A stretch of DNA of 64,000 bases from Methanobacteriota archaeon (GTDB lineage: Archaea > Halobacteriota > Bog-38 > Methanoflorentales > Methanoflorentaceae): the NCBI GenBank assembly GCA_963720465.1, contig OY970393.1:352001-416000 (forward strand), given 5' to 3'. The notes under the pieces are model-generated. The model had not been told where the DNA came from. It saw only the letters and a list, made by a program, of their open reading frames with translations, and ran no database searches. This document shows, one piece after another, positions 40,876 to 51,410 of this stretch; within the stretch, counting starts at the first letter, position 1, and every line of letters begins with the position of its first letter. Made by a program: the position numbers and the translations under genes.

Positions 40876-41649
40876 ATGAGAAAACACCTCATTTTAGTGC
40901 TCGTTGTGATAGCGGGTGCAACGGTTATGATCGCAGGATGCACATCATCGTCAAGCCCGAGTCCGAGCCCGAGCGCAAGTGCAACGACAACGGCCGTTAG
41001 TAGCGCAACGGTCGCTGCTGACGCAGCAGCCGCGCTTGGTGGTAACGCAAGTAATGCAACCAACCTCACCGCCGTGCAAGGGCAGAATTTTATGATCCAA
41101 CTGCCATCGAATTCATCGATCGGCAACGGCAACCACTGGGCGCTGTCCCTTTATGACGCCTCGTCCGTAACGTTGGTCAATCAAACGTACGTGGGCGGCA
41201 GCGTATCAGCGCCCGGACCGCGCGCCGACGTATTCACCTTCCAGGGAACTAAGACCGGAACCAGTGTCATTACGTTCAACTGCGTAAGCCCTACCAACCA
41301 AATTGAAAACACCGTGAAGTACACGATTAATTGTACAACGCTCAATGTGCCCACGGTGAACGCAGTATATATCTCACACGGCCAGGACTTTGCGATCCGG
41401 CTGCCATCGAATCCATCGACCGGCTACCACTGGGAGCTGTCCCTCTATGACAACTCGACCCTTAAGTTGGTCAATCAGACCTTTGCGAGCAACGTCAGCA
41501 CATCGAGCACAGTTGTCGGGGCGGGCGGCACAGACGTGTTCACCTTCCAAGCAACTCAGGCGGGAACCGGTGGCATCGCGTTCAGCGAGATGAGCCCAGC
41601 GAACCAACCAACAAGCGCAGTCGTTTATTCGGTGGTCATCGCGTCGTAA
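40876..41649 (+). CDS. Lipoprotein with two chagasin/I42 protease-inhibitor domains
   Basis: Lipobox IAGC; 'LPSNPSTGYHW' and 'VVGAGGTDVFTF' I42 motifs, duplicated. Confidence 0.85.
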   Translation: MRKHLILVLVVIAGATVMIAGCTSSSSPSPSPSASATTTAVSSATVAADAAAALGGNASNATNLTAVQGQNFMIQLPSNSSIGNGNHWALSLYDASSVTLVNQTYVGGSVSAPGPRADVFTFQGTKTGTSVITFNCVSPTNQIENTVKYTINCTTLNVPTVNAVYISHGQDFAIRLPSNPSTGYHWELSLYDNSTLKLVNQTFASNVSTSSTVVGAGGTDVFTFQATQAGTGGIAFSEMSPANQPTSAVVYSVVIAS

Positions 41650-41659
41650 GTCCCCCCTT

Positions 41660-41790
41660 TGCTTGACGCCTCTTCGTACTCCGTGTAGACGTCGTAATGA
41701 CGTAGCCCCGCTGCTTAGCAAACTTGCGAAGATCTGAACGAACAAAATAGCAACAGCACCGTGATCGATATCTTCTATTTCTGTGTCCAC
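41660..41790 (-). repeat. Integrase 3'-tail copy T13 (internally deleted)
   Basis: …YFVRSDLRKFAKQRGYVI joined directly to YDVYTEY. Confidence 0.7.
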
Positions 41791-42008
41791 ATTCGGAAGC
41801 TTTCAAGAGTGACAATACGTTCTTTGTCTTCACTGCCGTCACAAAGAGTTTCTAGAACCCAGCGAATCGCTTCCAAATGTTTCTACTCGCTATGGAGGCC
41901 TGAGCACCTTTCATCCTGCGACTCTTAGAAACTTTCTCGGCGGCAATCTGGTTTACCCTGAAAAGGGTATCAACGTTGAGCCGCCGAGACCAGCAACGGC
42001 AAAACGGT

Positions 42009-42914
42009 TCATAGAAAAAGCTCGCGCAGATTGATTTTGAATTCCCCCATTTTTCCGCCGTAGTTACCTGCGGAAATTCTGGCCACACCATCGACGTTAA
42101 AGGTAGCTTCAATTCCTCTTTTCATCGCTTCTCTAACTGCGTCAAGAGAGGTTCCGTTAATCACTATTTCGGGAATATATCGAACGCCCTCTGGAACCTT
42201 GGAGACCAACCTGTGCTTAAGCGAAGGACAAAATGGATCATTTGTGGTTGGACCTATCAATGGAAAATGGGTTTCAGGCTTTGAACCTGCGGCACACACA
42301 TCGAAAGGGGTCACCACACCCGTTACGCGGTGGATGGCACGCAGGGCCTTCTCTCCGGCTTTTCTTAGAGCCTCTTTTGTTTCGCACATGACCCAGAAAT
42401 TCGCGCCCATCACACCGTGAGCGTACCCTAGACGTTTTTCTATGATGAAATCTGGGACCATAAGTGGCACAACAACAACGCTTCTGCCAAAGCGTTTTTC
42501 CACCCATTCATATCCGTCACCACAATGTCCAATCCGCTCCATCATGTCCATCTCACCCTCTGCGTCCGCTAGCGCATCGAAGACCGCGGTGAAGGGTTTA
42601 ACAAGTATGTCTTGGCGAATCCTGTAAGAAAGTTCAGCCTCAAACTTCTTTAATGAAGCGGTCAACGCTTTCTTCTCGTCTAAACCCGCCCAGAACTGCA
42701 GGACAGCGCCCTTGCGCTTATCTGGAGTCGAATTTTCGTCAAGCAACTTCTCAACGCCGCCCTCTACTCTGCCGATCACAACTGAAGGCGTTGCCGTTGA
42801 GTCTTCAGCTGCACTGCGCAAAGTTGCGTCGTCGTCGGCTGTAATTATGACTCGGCAAAAAATACCTGCAAATGCCTCGGCATAAGTGTCTTCAATTTCA
42901 ACATTGAACGCCAT
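42009..42914 (-). CDS. ftr: Formylmethanofuran:tetrahydromethanopterin formyltransferase (Ftr family)
   Basis: 'IEDTYAEAF', 'TPDKRKG', 'GDGYE', 'GVMGANF', 'EIVING', '[11 protein letters not shown]'. Confidence 0.88.
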   Translation of the reverse strand: MAFNVEIEDTYAEAFAGIFCRVIITADDDATLRSAAEDSTATPSVVIGRVEGGVEKLLDENSTPDKRKGAVLQFWAGLDEKKALTASLKKFEAELSYRIRQDILVKPFTAVFDALADAEGEMDMMERIGHCGDGYEWVEKRFGRSVVVVPLMVPDFIIEKRLGYAHGVMGANFWVMCETKEALRKAGEKALRAIHRVTGVVTPFDVCAAGSKPETHFPLIGPTTNDPFCPSLKHRLVSKVPEGVRYIPEIVINGTSLDAVREAMKRGIEATFNVDGVARISAGNYGGKMGEFKINLRELFL

Positions 42915-43224
42915 TTCTCATCCGAGCCTCCCAACAGATTCTCCTCTGACCTTTTGTCTTAATTCGCTGCTTTCTTTCACGGGTGATTCCTTATTCTCAG
43001 CGGTGACTATTTGAAGCTTGGGTAACTCGTGAGGATGCAACTGGAAGATTCGAGAGCAGAGCGTGACTGATCGCGCTAAGCGCAAGAGACACGCGACCTT
43101 GACGAACGCCGATGCAAGGTCTATTGATTTGCACGTATGCTGGAAACATCAGCGATTATTGCTGTACTCAAGCAGGTTTCGAGGCCGTGGACGTTTGGTT
43201 AATGAGCTGCAACTGTTCATAGAG

Positions 43225-43350
43225 CACAACGCACATCTTTCCCGTATCTCACATAGCATCTTATAGGTGTTCGGGCAATGTGTGGCGATAATCGCTCCAC
43301 TTTACACCTCTTACCGTGTAACTGAGAACGTACGCTTGACTCGGTTTGCG
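43225..43350 (-). repeat. Integrase 3'-tail copy T14 (degenerate)
   Basis: …AYVLSYTVRGVKWSDYRHTLPEH… followed by a GKDVR-like end. Confidence 0.65.
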
Positions 43351-43650
43351 GCCATAGTCCATGCTTAAAGCACGACTAAAGCAAAAAAAGAAGCCAGGTC
43401 ATCCCTGGCTCAAATGGAATTCGATTTTAGCTTTTGCGACTGCCCTGGATAATGATTGGCCTATTAAAAGGTCGCTCGTAAGCGATGATCGTTTACAGAT
43501 CACTGAGATAAGGACACTCGCCTTTTTTCTTCTATCTGTTCACTCTCTGTGGTTTGCAGGCAAGACCTACAGCTGAGATCGACTGTAGGTACTCGCCGTC
43601 GTTTACAGCAGGGCTGTGCCACGATGTGCTGTCATCGCTCGTAGACTTAC

Positions 43651-44223
43651 TTAGCTTTTCGCGATTGCTGTTGCGTTGCCCCAGGCCACGGCAGGGCTAG
43701 TGTTGATGTCTTTGATGACGACGTTGCTGTTGACAGCAGTGTTGCTCTGGCTGGGTTGGATCCTGTCTGACGTACTTGGAGCGACTGGTAAGAGCAGCCG
43801 ACCGACGGTGTTATTGTCGCCAGTAACTGATTGGGTGTTTGTCTGGGTGATTGTCTGCGTGGTTGCAGCTGCTTGGCTGTTTCCACTCGCGCTCGCGGCC
43901 GCGCCACCCTTGGCAGCGACTGCGGCTGCAGGCGTAACGACTGCTGGCATTGCCTTGTAGACTGGCTTCCAGACGGGCATCGCCCAGACTGCTTTAACTT
44001 CACAGCACTGCGTGACGACGCAGCACGCGACTGTTGGACAGCAGCATGTCGTGGGGCAGCAGCTGCTGCAGCACGTTGAGGTCACGCAGCTCGTGCACTG
44101 AGCACATACCGTCGCTGCACTAGTGCTTGACGTGACCTTGGCGGCGCACTGGGCTGAAACTGTGCCCGTCGCTGCAAGTGCCACAAAAGCGAGCACTAAT
44201 AGAGAAACGATAACTTTTTTCAT
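43651..44223 (-). CDS. Secreted Cys-rich / Gln-Asn-Thr-rich protein, copy B
   Basis: Highly similar to 39034-39597, flanks included. Confidence 0.85.
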   Translation of the reverse strand: MKKVIVSLLVLAFVALAATGTVSAQCAAKVTSSTSAATVCAQCTSCVTSTCCSSCCPTTCCCPTVACCVVTQCCEVKAVWAMPVWKPVYKAMPAVVTPAAAVAAKGGAAASASGNSQAAATTQTITQTNTQSVTGDNNTVGRLLLPVAPSTSDRIQPSQSNTAVNSNVVIKDINTSPAVAWGNATAIAKS

Positions 44224-45739
44224 GATTCATCTCCTTGTTAGGTAACTAAATTTTTGACTAACGTTTTTTCACTGGAGCAGATTCTTATAAGGCTTTTTCG
44301 ATTTTGACTCATTCAGCGGCCTTGCGGGATTCTGAACTCCCAGAGCACTCGCTCGCTCTTGAGAGAAACTACAAATCACCCTTGGATAAAACCTAGAAGA
44401 AACACGAAGAACCGCGCTCAAAAGGTGGATTAAGAAAGGGACAACAAATTGGGAACACGAACTCTCTTGCGAAATTCGTGCAAAATTGAGGTGTATAAGG
44501 TTATTGAAAGAGCGCCTATGTTGAGAACAGAATTATAGGAAGATTCGCAAGTAACGAAGAACCCGCAAGCTAAACGACCCGTTATTAGCGCAGAGGCTAA
44601 TTTATGAGCCTGACCCATAAGAAACGTACGTTGAAAACGCTGGATTATCGCCACAAAAAGCCCAATCGGCTGGCCTTATGTGGCAGGATAGGGGCTTCAG
44701 TCTTTTTGATCGGGCTGTTTTCTTTCGCTTATATTCAAAAACTCCCGAATGGCACTCAACATCTGTCAAAATTCTTATTTTAGCAAGCGTTATAATTGAA
44801 CCGTGTAATTTCTTCTTAGCGGCCCTCGATTTGGCGCTTTCGCTCAGTCGAACTTGATTCGTCTCTTTTGGTGAATGTTTGATTAGAGTTCATATGCCAC
44901 GATATCGGAACAATAAATCGTTTATATCAACCAACTCTTTGTTCCCCCGCGCTGGCACTGAGATTCAAGGAATCAGTGCCAAAGAAAAGCCTTTCGAAAG
45001 AATACGAGTGGACAGAATAAGGAGGGACAGTCGGTAAAAGCCCACAATGACCTGTCACGACGTCGCGAATACGACGCACCATGCAAGCGGAGACAACTGG
45101 CCCAGGGATTGACGAAAAAAAAAGATGGACCCCCATCTAACCACCCTTGAAATTGAAACTGCTAAAAACCTGTGCGACTCATTCAATAGGATTGAGGGGG
45201 GGCTGAGAAAGGTTAGCCGCATCATCGCACGGCCCCCGCTTCCGAATCGACGACGTGGAGCTTCAGGGGGCCGTCTCTGGTACTCCTTGACGAAGCTGCA
45301 CAGGTGAAGAGCTCCTCCACTCGGTGAGGTCCGCGCTCGCTGTTTCACAGGGGTTTGATCCTTCTCACCACGCAACAAGGCAAACAGAGCACATTTTGCC
45401 ACGGGTGGAACCAAGAACCGTACTCGAACAAGGTCAAATGATCGCGGACTAATCCCCCCGCAGCAGTCAACGATCCCCATCTTGTGTCTCGTGACGTATG
45501 ACCTGAGCCAGGAACTGATCCACTATCTCAGTCAACCGAGCATCGATTGTAGCTACGGTCGGGATTTGATATGAACGTGGCAATCCTTCGGTAAGTTCCT
45601 AGCGGGTCACCTCTTTTTTCGATTTTCTTTGCTAGCTCCTAACGAAAAGAACTAAGAAAACTAATTATTGTATAAGAAAAGGGCCCCTTTGAGTCTTCTA
45701 AATTGCAATTAGAAGATCGACAGGCAAGCCGTTTGTGCG

Positions 45740-45898
45740 CTATTCCTTCGATTCCCCGCACTTTCCTCCATCTTCCGTTTCTGCATCGTTTGTTTTGCTT
45801 GTTTGACCGATCCGAAATACGCGCCAGAGATAGCTCACAATAGCGGCGATCACGGCTACTGCGGCAACGGCTAGGGCTACTGTGATTCGTTTTCTCAT
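45740..45898 (-). CDS. Small single-TM protein (52 aa)
   Basis: Manual translation MRKRITVALAVAAVAVIAAIVSYLWRVFRIGQ…KE*; RBS GAGG. Confidence 0.45.
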   Translation of the reverse strand: MRKRITVALAVAAVAVIAAIVSYLWRVFRIGQTSKTNDAETEDGGKCGESKE

Positions 45899-46315
45899 TA
45901 CTTCGTTTCCTCTTCTACACTTTTCTTCGTTGTGCTAGTCGTACCGTTCGACTTCGAAATCCAAAAGAAATTACAGCTTCATACCTTTGGCGGTGGCAAT
46001 TTTGGCCTACGAATCCGTCGTCTTTGGGGGCTTCTCGTCTACGCGTGCCGCGACGTCCGAGATCGAAACGATCCCCCAGGGGTTGGAGACGGGTAGCTTT
46101 ATCGGACTCTCGACGGTTGCACAGACTGCGGACCGCTTGAGGGTGTTCATTTTACGACCTGGAGTGAAACTGAGCGGCCATCGTCTCGCCTTTTTTCCAA
46201 TCCTAATCATTGACGCCTTCGGAAGTTGAATCCTGAGACGTGCGCTACATTTTCCAAATTTGCAAGCATTTGTGTCGCTCGTTTAGCTGGCACGCGGTGC
46301 GTCGACGCAGTCTCG

Positions 46316-46555
46316 TTACGTATCTGAGAGTTCAGCGCCAACGACGGTGTGGGTGATTGTAACCCCTTGCACATCGCGGATCACGTCTACCGTCTTGCTG
46401 AGGAGGGGCAGGCCATCGACTTCAATGATCACCAAGAAATCATACTCCCCAAACACATGATGCAGTTCTCTAATCCCAGGGATCTCGCCGAGTTTGTCAA
46501 AAACGCGTCGCTCCTGGCCAGGAACCACGTTTACTAATGTGACTCCGACTACCAT
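46316..46555 (-). CDS. Lrp/AsnC ligand-binding (RAM) domain protein
   Basis: 'LVNVVPG', 'VFGEYDFLVIIE', 'IRDVQGVTITHT'. Confidence 0.88.
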   Translation of the reverse strand: MVVGVTLVNVVPGQERRVFDKLGEIPGIRELHHVFGEYDFLVIIEVDGLPLLSKTVDVIRDVQGVTITHTVVGAELSDT

Positions 46556-46875
46556 AGGTTCTTTGATCTAAAGATGGGGTGCGTCTATTTAGAGCTAACT
46601 CGCAAAAAAAGGCGGGGTTTAGGTCGGTCGTTGCGAAAGCGAAGTGCTTTGCATCCTCTGGCCTCGGTGCGAGGGGCCGTTTTTTGAGCCGGACCGGCCA
46701 AACTGATGCCATATCTTTGCTGTGCAATATTCGAGTGCGCGCGGCGATAGCTCGATCAAATAGCCATGAGCGTTTAATACAAGGCGTGTTTCACCTGGTT
46801 GCGTACAAACAGGCGCATCGATATTTGGAGGCTCCACATTTTTTTTCGGTCACCTTGTCTTTGGTCGTTTGTCTA

Positions 46876-47835
46876 TCAGGTTAACCTTGACAGATTGTAA
46901 ATCTTCGCGAGCTTCGGCAGGTCGTTCACCACGTACACAAAAGCCATCCACGCCCACTTGCCCCAGCGGCCACGCACGGCTTGTGCCACCGCGTCGATTT
47001 CTTGTCTGGGGTGTTTGGGTTTGCGTCCGAGCAAAAGCTCGCTCATGATGACCACGCTCCACACGTCAAGCGGGACGGAGCCTTGACCAACGATCAGACC
47101 TGCCGAGTACGCGCCAATGCCTGGGATTTCCATCACATTTTTTACAGCTTCTGTCTCGGGCTGTCGGTCTAGCTCTCTTAGTGACATCGGATGTTCCATT
47201 AGATAGCGCGCCGCCTTAACCAGCCGCTCCGCTCGGTAGCCGAGCTTCGCTTCTCGCCTCAGCTCGGTGGGGTCTCGCTTAGCGATATTGGAAGGTCTTG
47301 GCCAGAGGACGACTTCACGACCATCGAAAGCAATGTTCGTTCCGTATCGATCGAGTAGTCTTGCCATCATGTCTTGGCTTCGTTTGAGCGGGGCCATCTG
47401 GAGGGTTGTAGCAAGAATCACCCGACCGAACAAGTCATCTAGCCGTCCAACGCGCATACCGTAGAGGTCTTGAACTGCGATTGAGAGCACCTCGTCATTG
47501 TGGGCGAATGCGTAAAAAGCGCTAAGGTCTTCGTTCTCACCCAGTCCGATTCTGATCGACGTCTGCAGCGCAGCTTCTTCGTTGTTAGTGAGATGCGATT
47601 GAACGTAAACGCTTACGATTACACTCTCGTTGACTGCGGACAGTTTCAATCCGACCGGCTTGCCATTTAGATAGGTGCCGCTCCACAGCGTACCGTCTCT
47701 AAAAACTTCTCTCGGAGTTGACCAATGCCAGCCAGCCGGTTTAGCGACGGTGAGCGAAAAATCAAACGGCTCAGGCGTAACGATTTCAAACTGGCCGGAC
47801 GCGTGGTAACTGCGGGGCTTATTCATGGTTTCCAC
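46876..47835 (-). CDS. HhH-GPD DNA glycosylase (AlkA/Ogg-like)
   Basis: 'LGYRAERL', HhH 'IPGIGAYSA', 'VPLDVW'. Confidence 0.85.
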   Translation of the reverse strand: METMNKPRSYHASGQFEIVTPEPFDFSLTVAKPAGWHWSTPREVFRDGTLWSGTYLNGKPVGLKLSAVNESVIVSVYVQSHLTNNEEAALQTSIRIGLGENEDLSAFYAFAHNDEVLSIAVQDLYGMRVGRLDDLFGRVILATTLQMAPLKRSQDMMARLLDRYGTNIAFDGREVVLWPRPSNIAKRDPTELRREAKLGYRAERLVKAARYLMEHPMSLRELDRQPETEAVKNVMEIPGIGAYSAGLIVGQGSVPLDVWSVVIMSELLLGRKPKHPRQEIDAVAQAVRGRWGKWAWMAFVYVVNDLPKLAKIYNLSRLT

Positions 47836-48053
47836 TTGGCACCTAGGCAGGCCTGCTAATTATGCGTAATACGTGGTTTTGTGTTTTGCTTGTTGGACCG
47901 AGTGATTGCTGCTCGGCGCCCCAAGCGATATGCATAAACCCTTGACAGCGCGGTATGCGCCAAAGAAGGCGGTGGTCGCTTAGCACGTTGAATCCTCGTA
48001 ATGAAAGGCGTGTGGCTTAGAGCTGGGTCGAACTGTTTGGGTGAAGATCCGCG

Positions 48054-48467
48054 TCACGTGTAGTAGACTGTGAGATAAATGATAATGCCGAGGGCGAAGG
48101 CGACCAGCCATACCCCTAGAGCAGTCCGCATGGCGTCCTTGCGTTTGACGACGGGCCGGATGACGTGTTCGACTTCTAGGTTAACGTAGATGAAGATCGC
48201 GATCAGCACAAGCCCCAAAATGTGATGGACGAGGAGCTCAGGATACAGGAATGGAATCGGCGGAATGTTTGAAACGTATCCGAGTAGCGAAGGCAGCATC
48301 ACTACCAATATCGCAATGATTTGGACGACGACGGCTCCTCGTACGATTGTGCAATGTCGTTTTACCCTTCCCCTGCGCGCAAGATAAACGGCACCTAGGA
48401 TGAGCGCGATAAGCACGAGCTGAACAACCAGGTTCGCTGTGGCCAATGTTCGTATATCAATTGCCAT
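48054..48467 (-). CDS. Four-TM membrane protein with conserved His residues
   Basis: 137-aa hydrophobic ORF ('KRHC', 'VHHILG'). Confidence 0.7.
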   Translation of the reverse strand: MAIDIRTLATANLVVQLVLIALILGAVYLARRGRVKRHCTIVRGAVVVQIIAILVVMLPSLLGYVSNIPPIPFLYPELLVHHILGLVLIAIFIYVNLEVEHVIRPVVKRKDAMRTALGVWLVAFALGIIIYLTVYYT

Positions 48468-48660
48468 ATAGCCCCTCGCTATTCTCTCCTATCCTCTATG
48501 AAAGCGTTGCGTTTCGACATTTCGTAGAACTTGCAGACGGCCAAATGCTATCGCAAGCTGGACATATGCCCAGCAACGTCGGTGCGACGATGCAGCGGGC
48601 AAACTTCATTAAACGAATGATGCATAAAAGCTGCCAGACTGTCTGTGGGAGAAAGAGAAA

Positions 48661-49050
48661 ATGAAAAAACACCATTTTAGTGCTTGTTGTGATAGCGGGT
48701 GCGACAGTTATGATTGCAGGATGCACATCGTCCTCAAATCCGAGCCCCGGTCCGGTTACTAGCACTGTTACTAGCACTATTACTAGCACCGCGAGCCAGA
48801 ATTCAATCGCTATCCAGAATGACGCATTCAACCCGTCGACCTCACGATTCAAAAAGGGGCGAATGAGACGTGGAAAAATTATGATTCGGTCCAGCATATG
48901 ATTATTTCGGATTCATCGGCGTTTTCATCGCCACTTCTTAATACCGGTGCCACTTACACATATCAGTTTAACAACTCAAGGTCGTTCCCCTACTATTGCA
49001 GCATACATCCCTTTATGAAAGGAACGATCGTAGTCAAATTATACGATTGA
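48661..49050 (+). pseudogene. Cupredoxin (plastocyanin/azurin-like) lipoprotein, frameshifted
   Basis: Lipobox IAGC, 'IQNDAFNPST', and in another frame 'SPLLNTGATYTYQF…YYCSIHPFMKGTIVV' copper-ligand motif. Confidence 0.75.
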
Positions 49051-49509
49051 CGAAGAGGACTTTCTTCAAACGAAAATCGATCGATTGTGGTCACGTTCTG
49101 TAAAGCAAGCAGTAAACGGAACGGAAACATTTCACAAGACAGTTTGTGCCCTCTTTCGACTTGTGACACTTACGAAAAAGGCCTAAGGCTAAGTGATGCA
49201 CTAAGTGTTCTTTCGAAGCTAACCAAAGTGACTGTGGTCGCAAGAAGTCGTCTGGCAGACATCTGAGCGCTTAGAAAAAAGCGTTGTGAGTTCAGAGCGA
49301 CTGCGTGGCCTACGTAAAAGAAGGTAATACATCGTGTCAAAAAGGCGAAATTCGCTGTCGAATGATCAAGCTCCAGATTCGTTGGTCAGCAGTTTTATTC
49401 AGGCACTGCACGACTACTTTAATCCGCTCCTTCAAGTGATAGAAGAACTTCAGAGCGATGCCAAGAAGAACCGCAAAAAGTGAGCTAAGTCAGCGGAGGT
49501 TCACGAATG

Positions 49510-50406
49510 CTACACTTCCAGGCGATCGAGCCACTCGTTGACTAAGCAGTTAAACACAGTCTCCTGCTCGACTTCCAGGCCGTGCCCGGCCCTATCCAAG
49601 ATAGCAACTGTCCCGCGGGAGTAATTCGCAGCGATTTTTAGTGAGTCACGATACCCCACTGATGCGTCTTGGCGGCCAACAAGGATAAGGGAAGGCCGGT
49701 CGAAGGGATGCGAAAGCTCATCGATGTCGAAGGAAAAACTGTACCCGCGGTTTTCAAATCGCTCAAGAAACGCCTTATCTTTTGCGTTCATCCCTGGAAT
49801 AATATCCTGCGTGAAGCGATCCCATCGCGGTTTATCCTGCACCACAAGCACACGCTCAAACAATTTTTTCTGGTCGTTAGGTGCGATGCTAGCTAAGAAC
49901 GATTCATCCCTGACGAACACACGTCGGGGGGGCAGATCGCGCCGATTTCGCTCAGCTACGACAACAGGACAGATAAGGAGGACTCCTTTGAGGCGTTCGG
50001 GTATGGAACGGACCAAGCCGCGGGCCAGGTACCCTCCGTAAGATTCGCCTGCCACCAGGAACTGGTCGTTAGGAATAACGTTTTCACAAAACTTTAAGAT
50101 AACGTCCAGCATCTGATCTGCACCGTTCAACCAGCGAGGAGCGCGCGTGCGCCCCATGCCCGGTAAATCTAAATAGATGCGTTTCCATCCAGCGCGATTT
50201 GCGAAGATCGGTTCCAAGCAGCCGGTCATCACGTGGTGATCGATGCCAAACCCGTGGATCGCTAGCACTGGGTTGCCCTCGCCATGCGTCTCGTAGTAAA
50301 TGTGCAGATCGCCCATTTCGCATATCATGGATATGAAGAGAGGGGACGAGGTAAAAAAGATGGCGCCGTTTTTTGACACAGTTGACGAGGTTTCCGTCAC
50401 CTTCAA
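49510..50406 (-). CDS. Alpha/beta fold hydrolase
   Basis: 'IHGFG', 'DLPGMG', nucleophile 'GESYGG', 'GRQD', 'AGH'; true start likely an ATG near 50320-50330. Confidence 0.88.
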   Translation of the reverse strand: MKVTETSSTVSKNGAIFFTSSPLFISMICEMGDLHIYYETHGEGNPVLAIHGFGIDHHVMTGCLEPIFANRAGWKRIYLDLPGMGRTRAPRWLNGADQMLDVILKFCENVIPNDQFLVAGESYGGYLARGLVRSIPERLKGVLLICPVVVAERNRRDLPPRRVFVRDESFLASIAPNDQKKLFERVLVVQDKPRWDRFTQDIIPGMNAKDKAFLERFENRGYSFSFDIDELSHPFDRPSLILVGRQDASVGYRDSLKIAANYSRGTVAILDRAGHGLEVEQETVFNCLVNEWLDRLEV

Positions 50407-51410
50407 ATGGCGGCGCGCTTAGACATCATCGAGGAACCGCGAGCGCACTATCGAACGGCCGCTCCGCGCTATGCCATTCTGCGAGGCCTTTTGATGCCTG
50501 AAGTGGTGTACGCACCTCAGGAACGTCCACTAGAGAGAAGGTCCGATGGGACTCTCTAAATATGATGAAGAACATATACACTAGCAGACGACCGTAACGG
50601 CCTCGCAGCTTTAGTATTCACTTTTGCTGTCTTGAATTGCTGTTGGGAGGCGGTGCCGCATGGCTCCAAAATGAGGTAGTCACGCTCTGTGCGAGACACG
50701 CGGCCTTCAGTGCCTTTTCCCAACTGTTTTTCCCAAGCACGAGGTACTATTTTAACTTGTTGGATTAGTGGCAGCAGCTCTACAGCAACTCAGCGCTGGC
50801 ACCCTTTCAACGCTTAGCCAAAATATGCCGCTAGGTTGTCCCTATCCATTTGACCCACCCAGCTTTGAGCTCTCATGGACTTCGGAGATATCAGCCTGCG
50901 CAAAATCTAATCTGGTTTGCTGACCTCGCGCCTGCGGTTCGAACGTCACCGTGGAATAATGACCTTGGGGCCAGTCAGCGCCTCGCCATTATTGCACGAT
51001 TTTGTCTGGGATCACGATCGTTCCGGAGGCCTATGTATCGAAGGCACTCCCCCCACTTCGCTACGTATCACCGCCGCGAATGCGTAAACTCTGAGTGCTT
51101 CTTGGAATCTATAGGGGCCTCATAGACCTTTTGAAGAGTTACCTTAAGCAAAACCGATTGATGAAAGGTTTTGGTTCTCATTTGCATCACCATTTCGCGA
51201 AGGCGTGCTGATACTCTTTACTCAGCACGCCTTTTCAGTTCGAACGTACTGACATGACTCTGCTGTTTGTGTTTTGAATTCAAGAGATGACAGGTTTGCA
51301 GACGGAACAACCACAAATTGATGCTGTCGCGGAGAGAGCCCCGTTTAGGCTTAGCTGGCGCTTGTTCTCTCCAATGCGCGAAGCTATATATGACATAGGC
51401 ATACAGATAC

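Noticed and set aside
12846-43350. Classical integron (IntI with attC sites)
   Set aside because: The integrases do not look like IntI and I found no recurring RYYYAAC…GTTRRRY hairpins; the repeats derive from integrase coding sequence.
44430-45480. Several short ORFs in an AT-rich stretch
   Set aside because: Fragmented, mutually overlapping and motif-free; probably decayed sequence.
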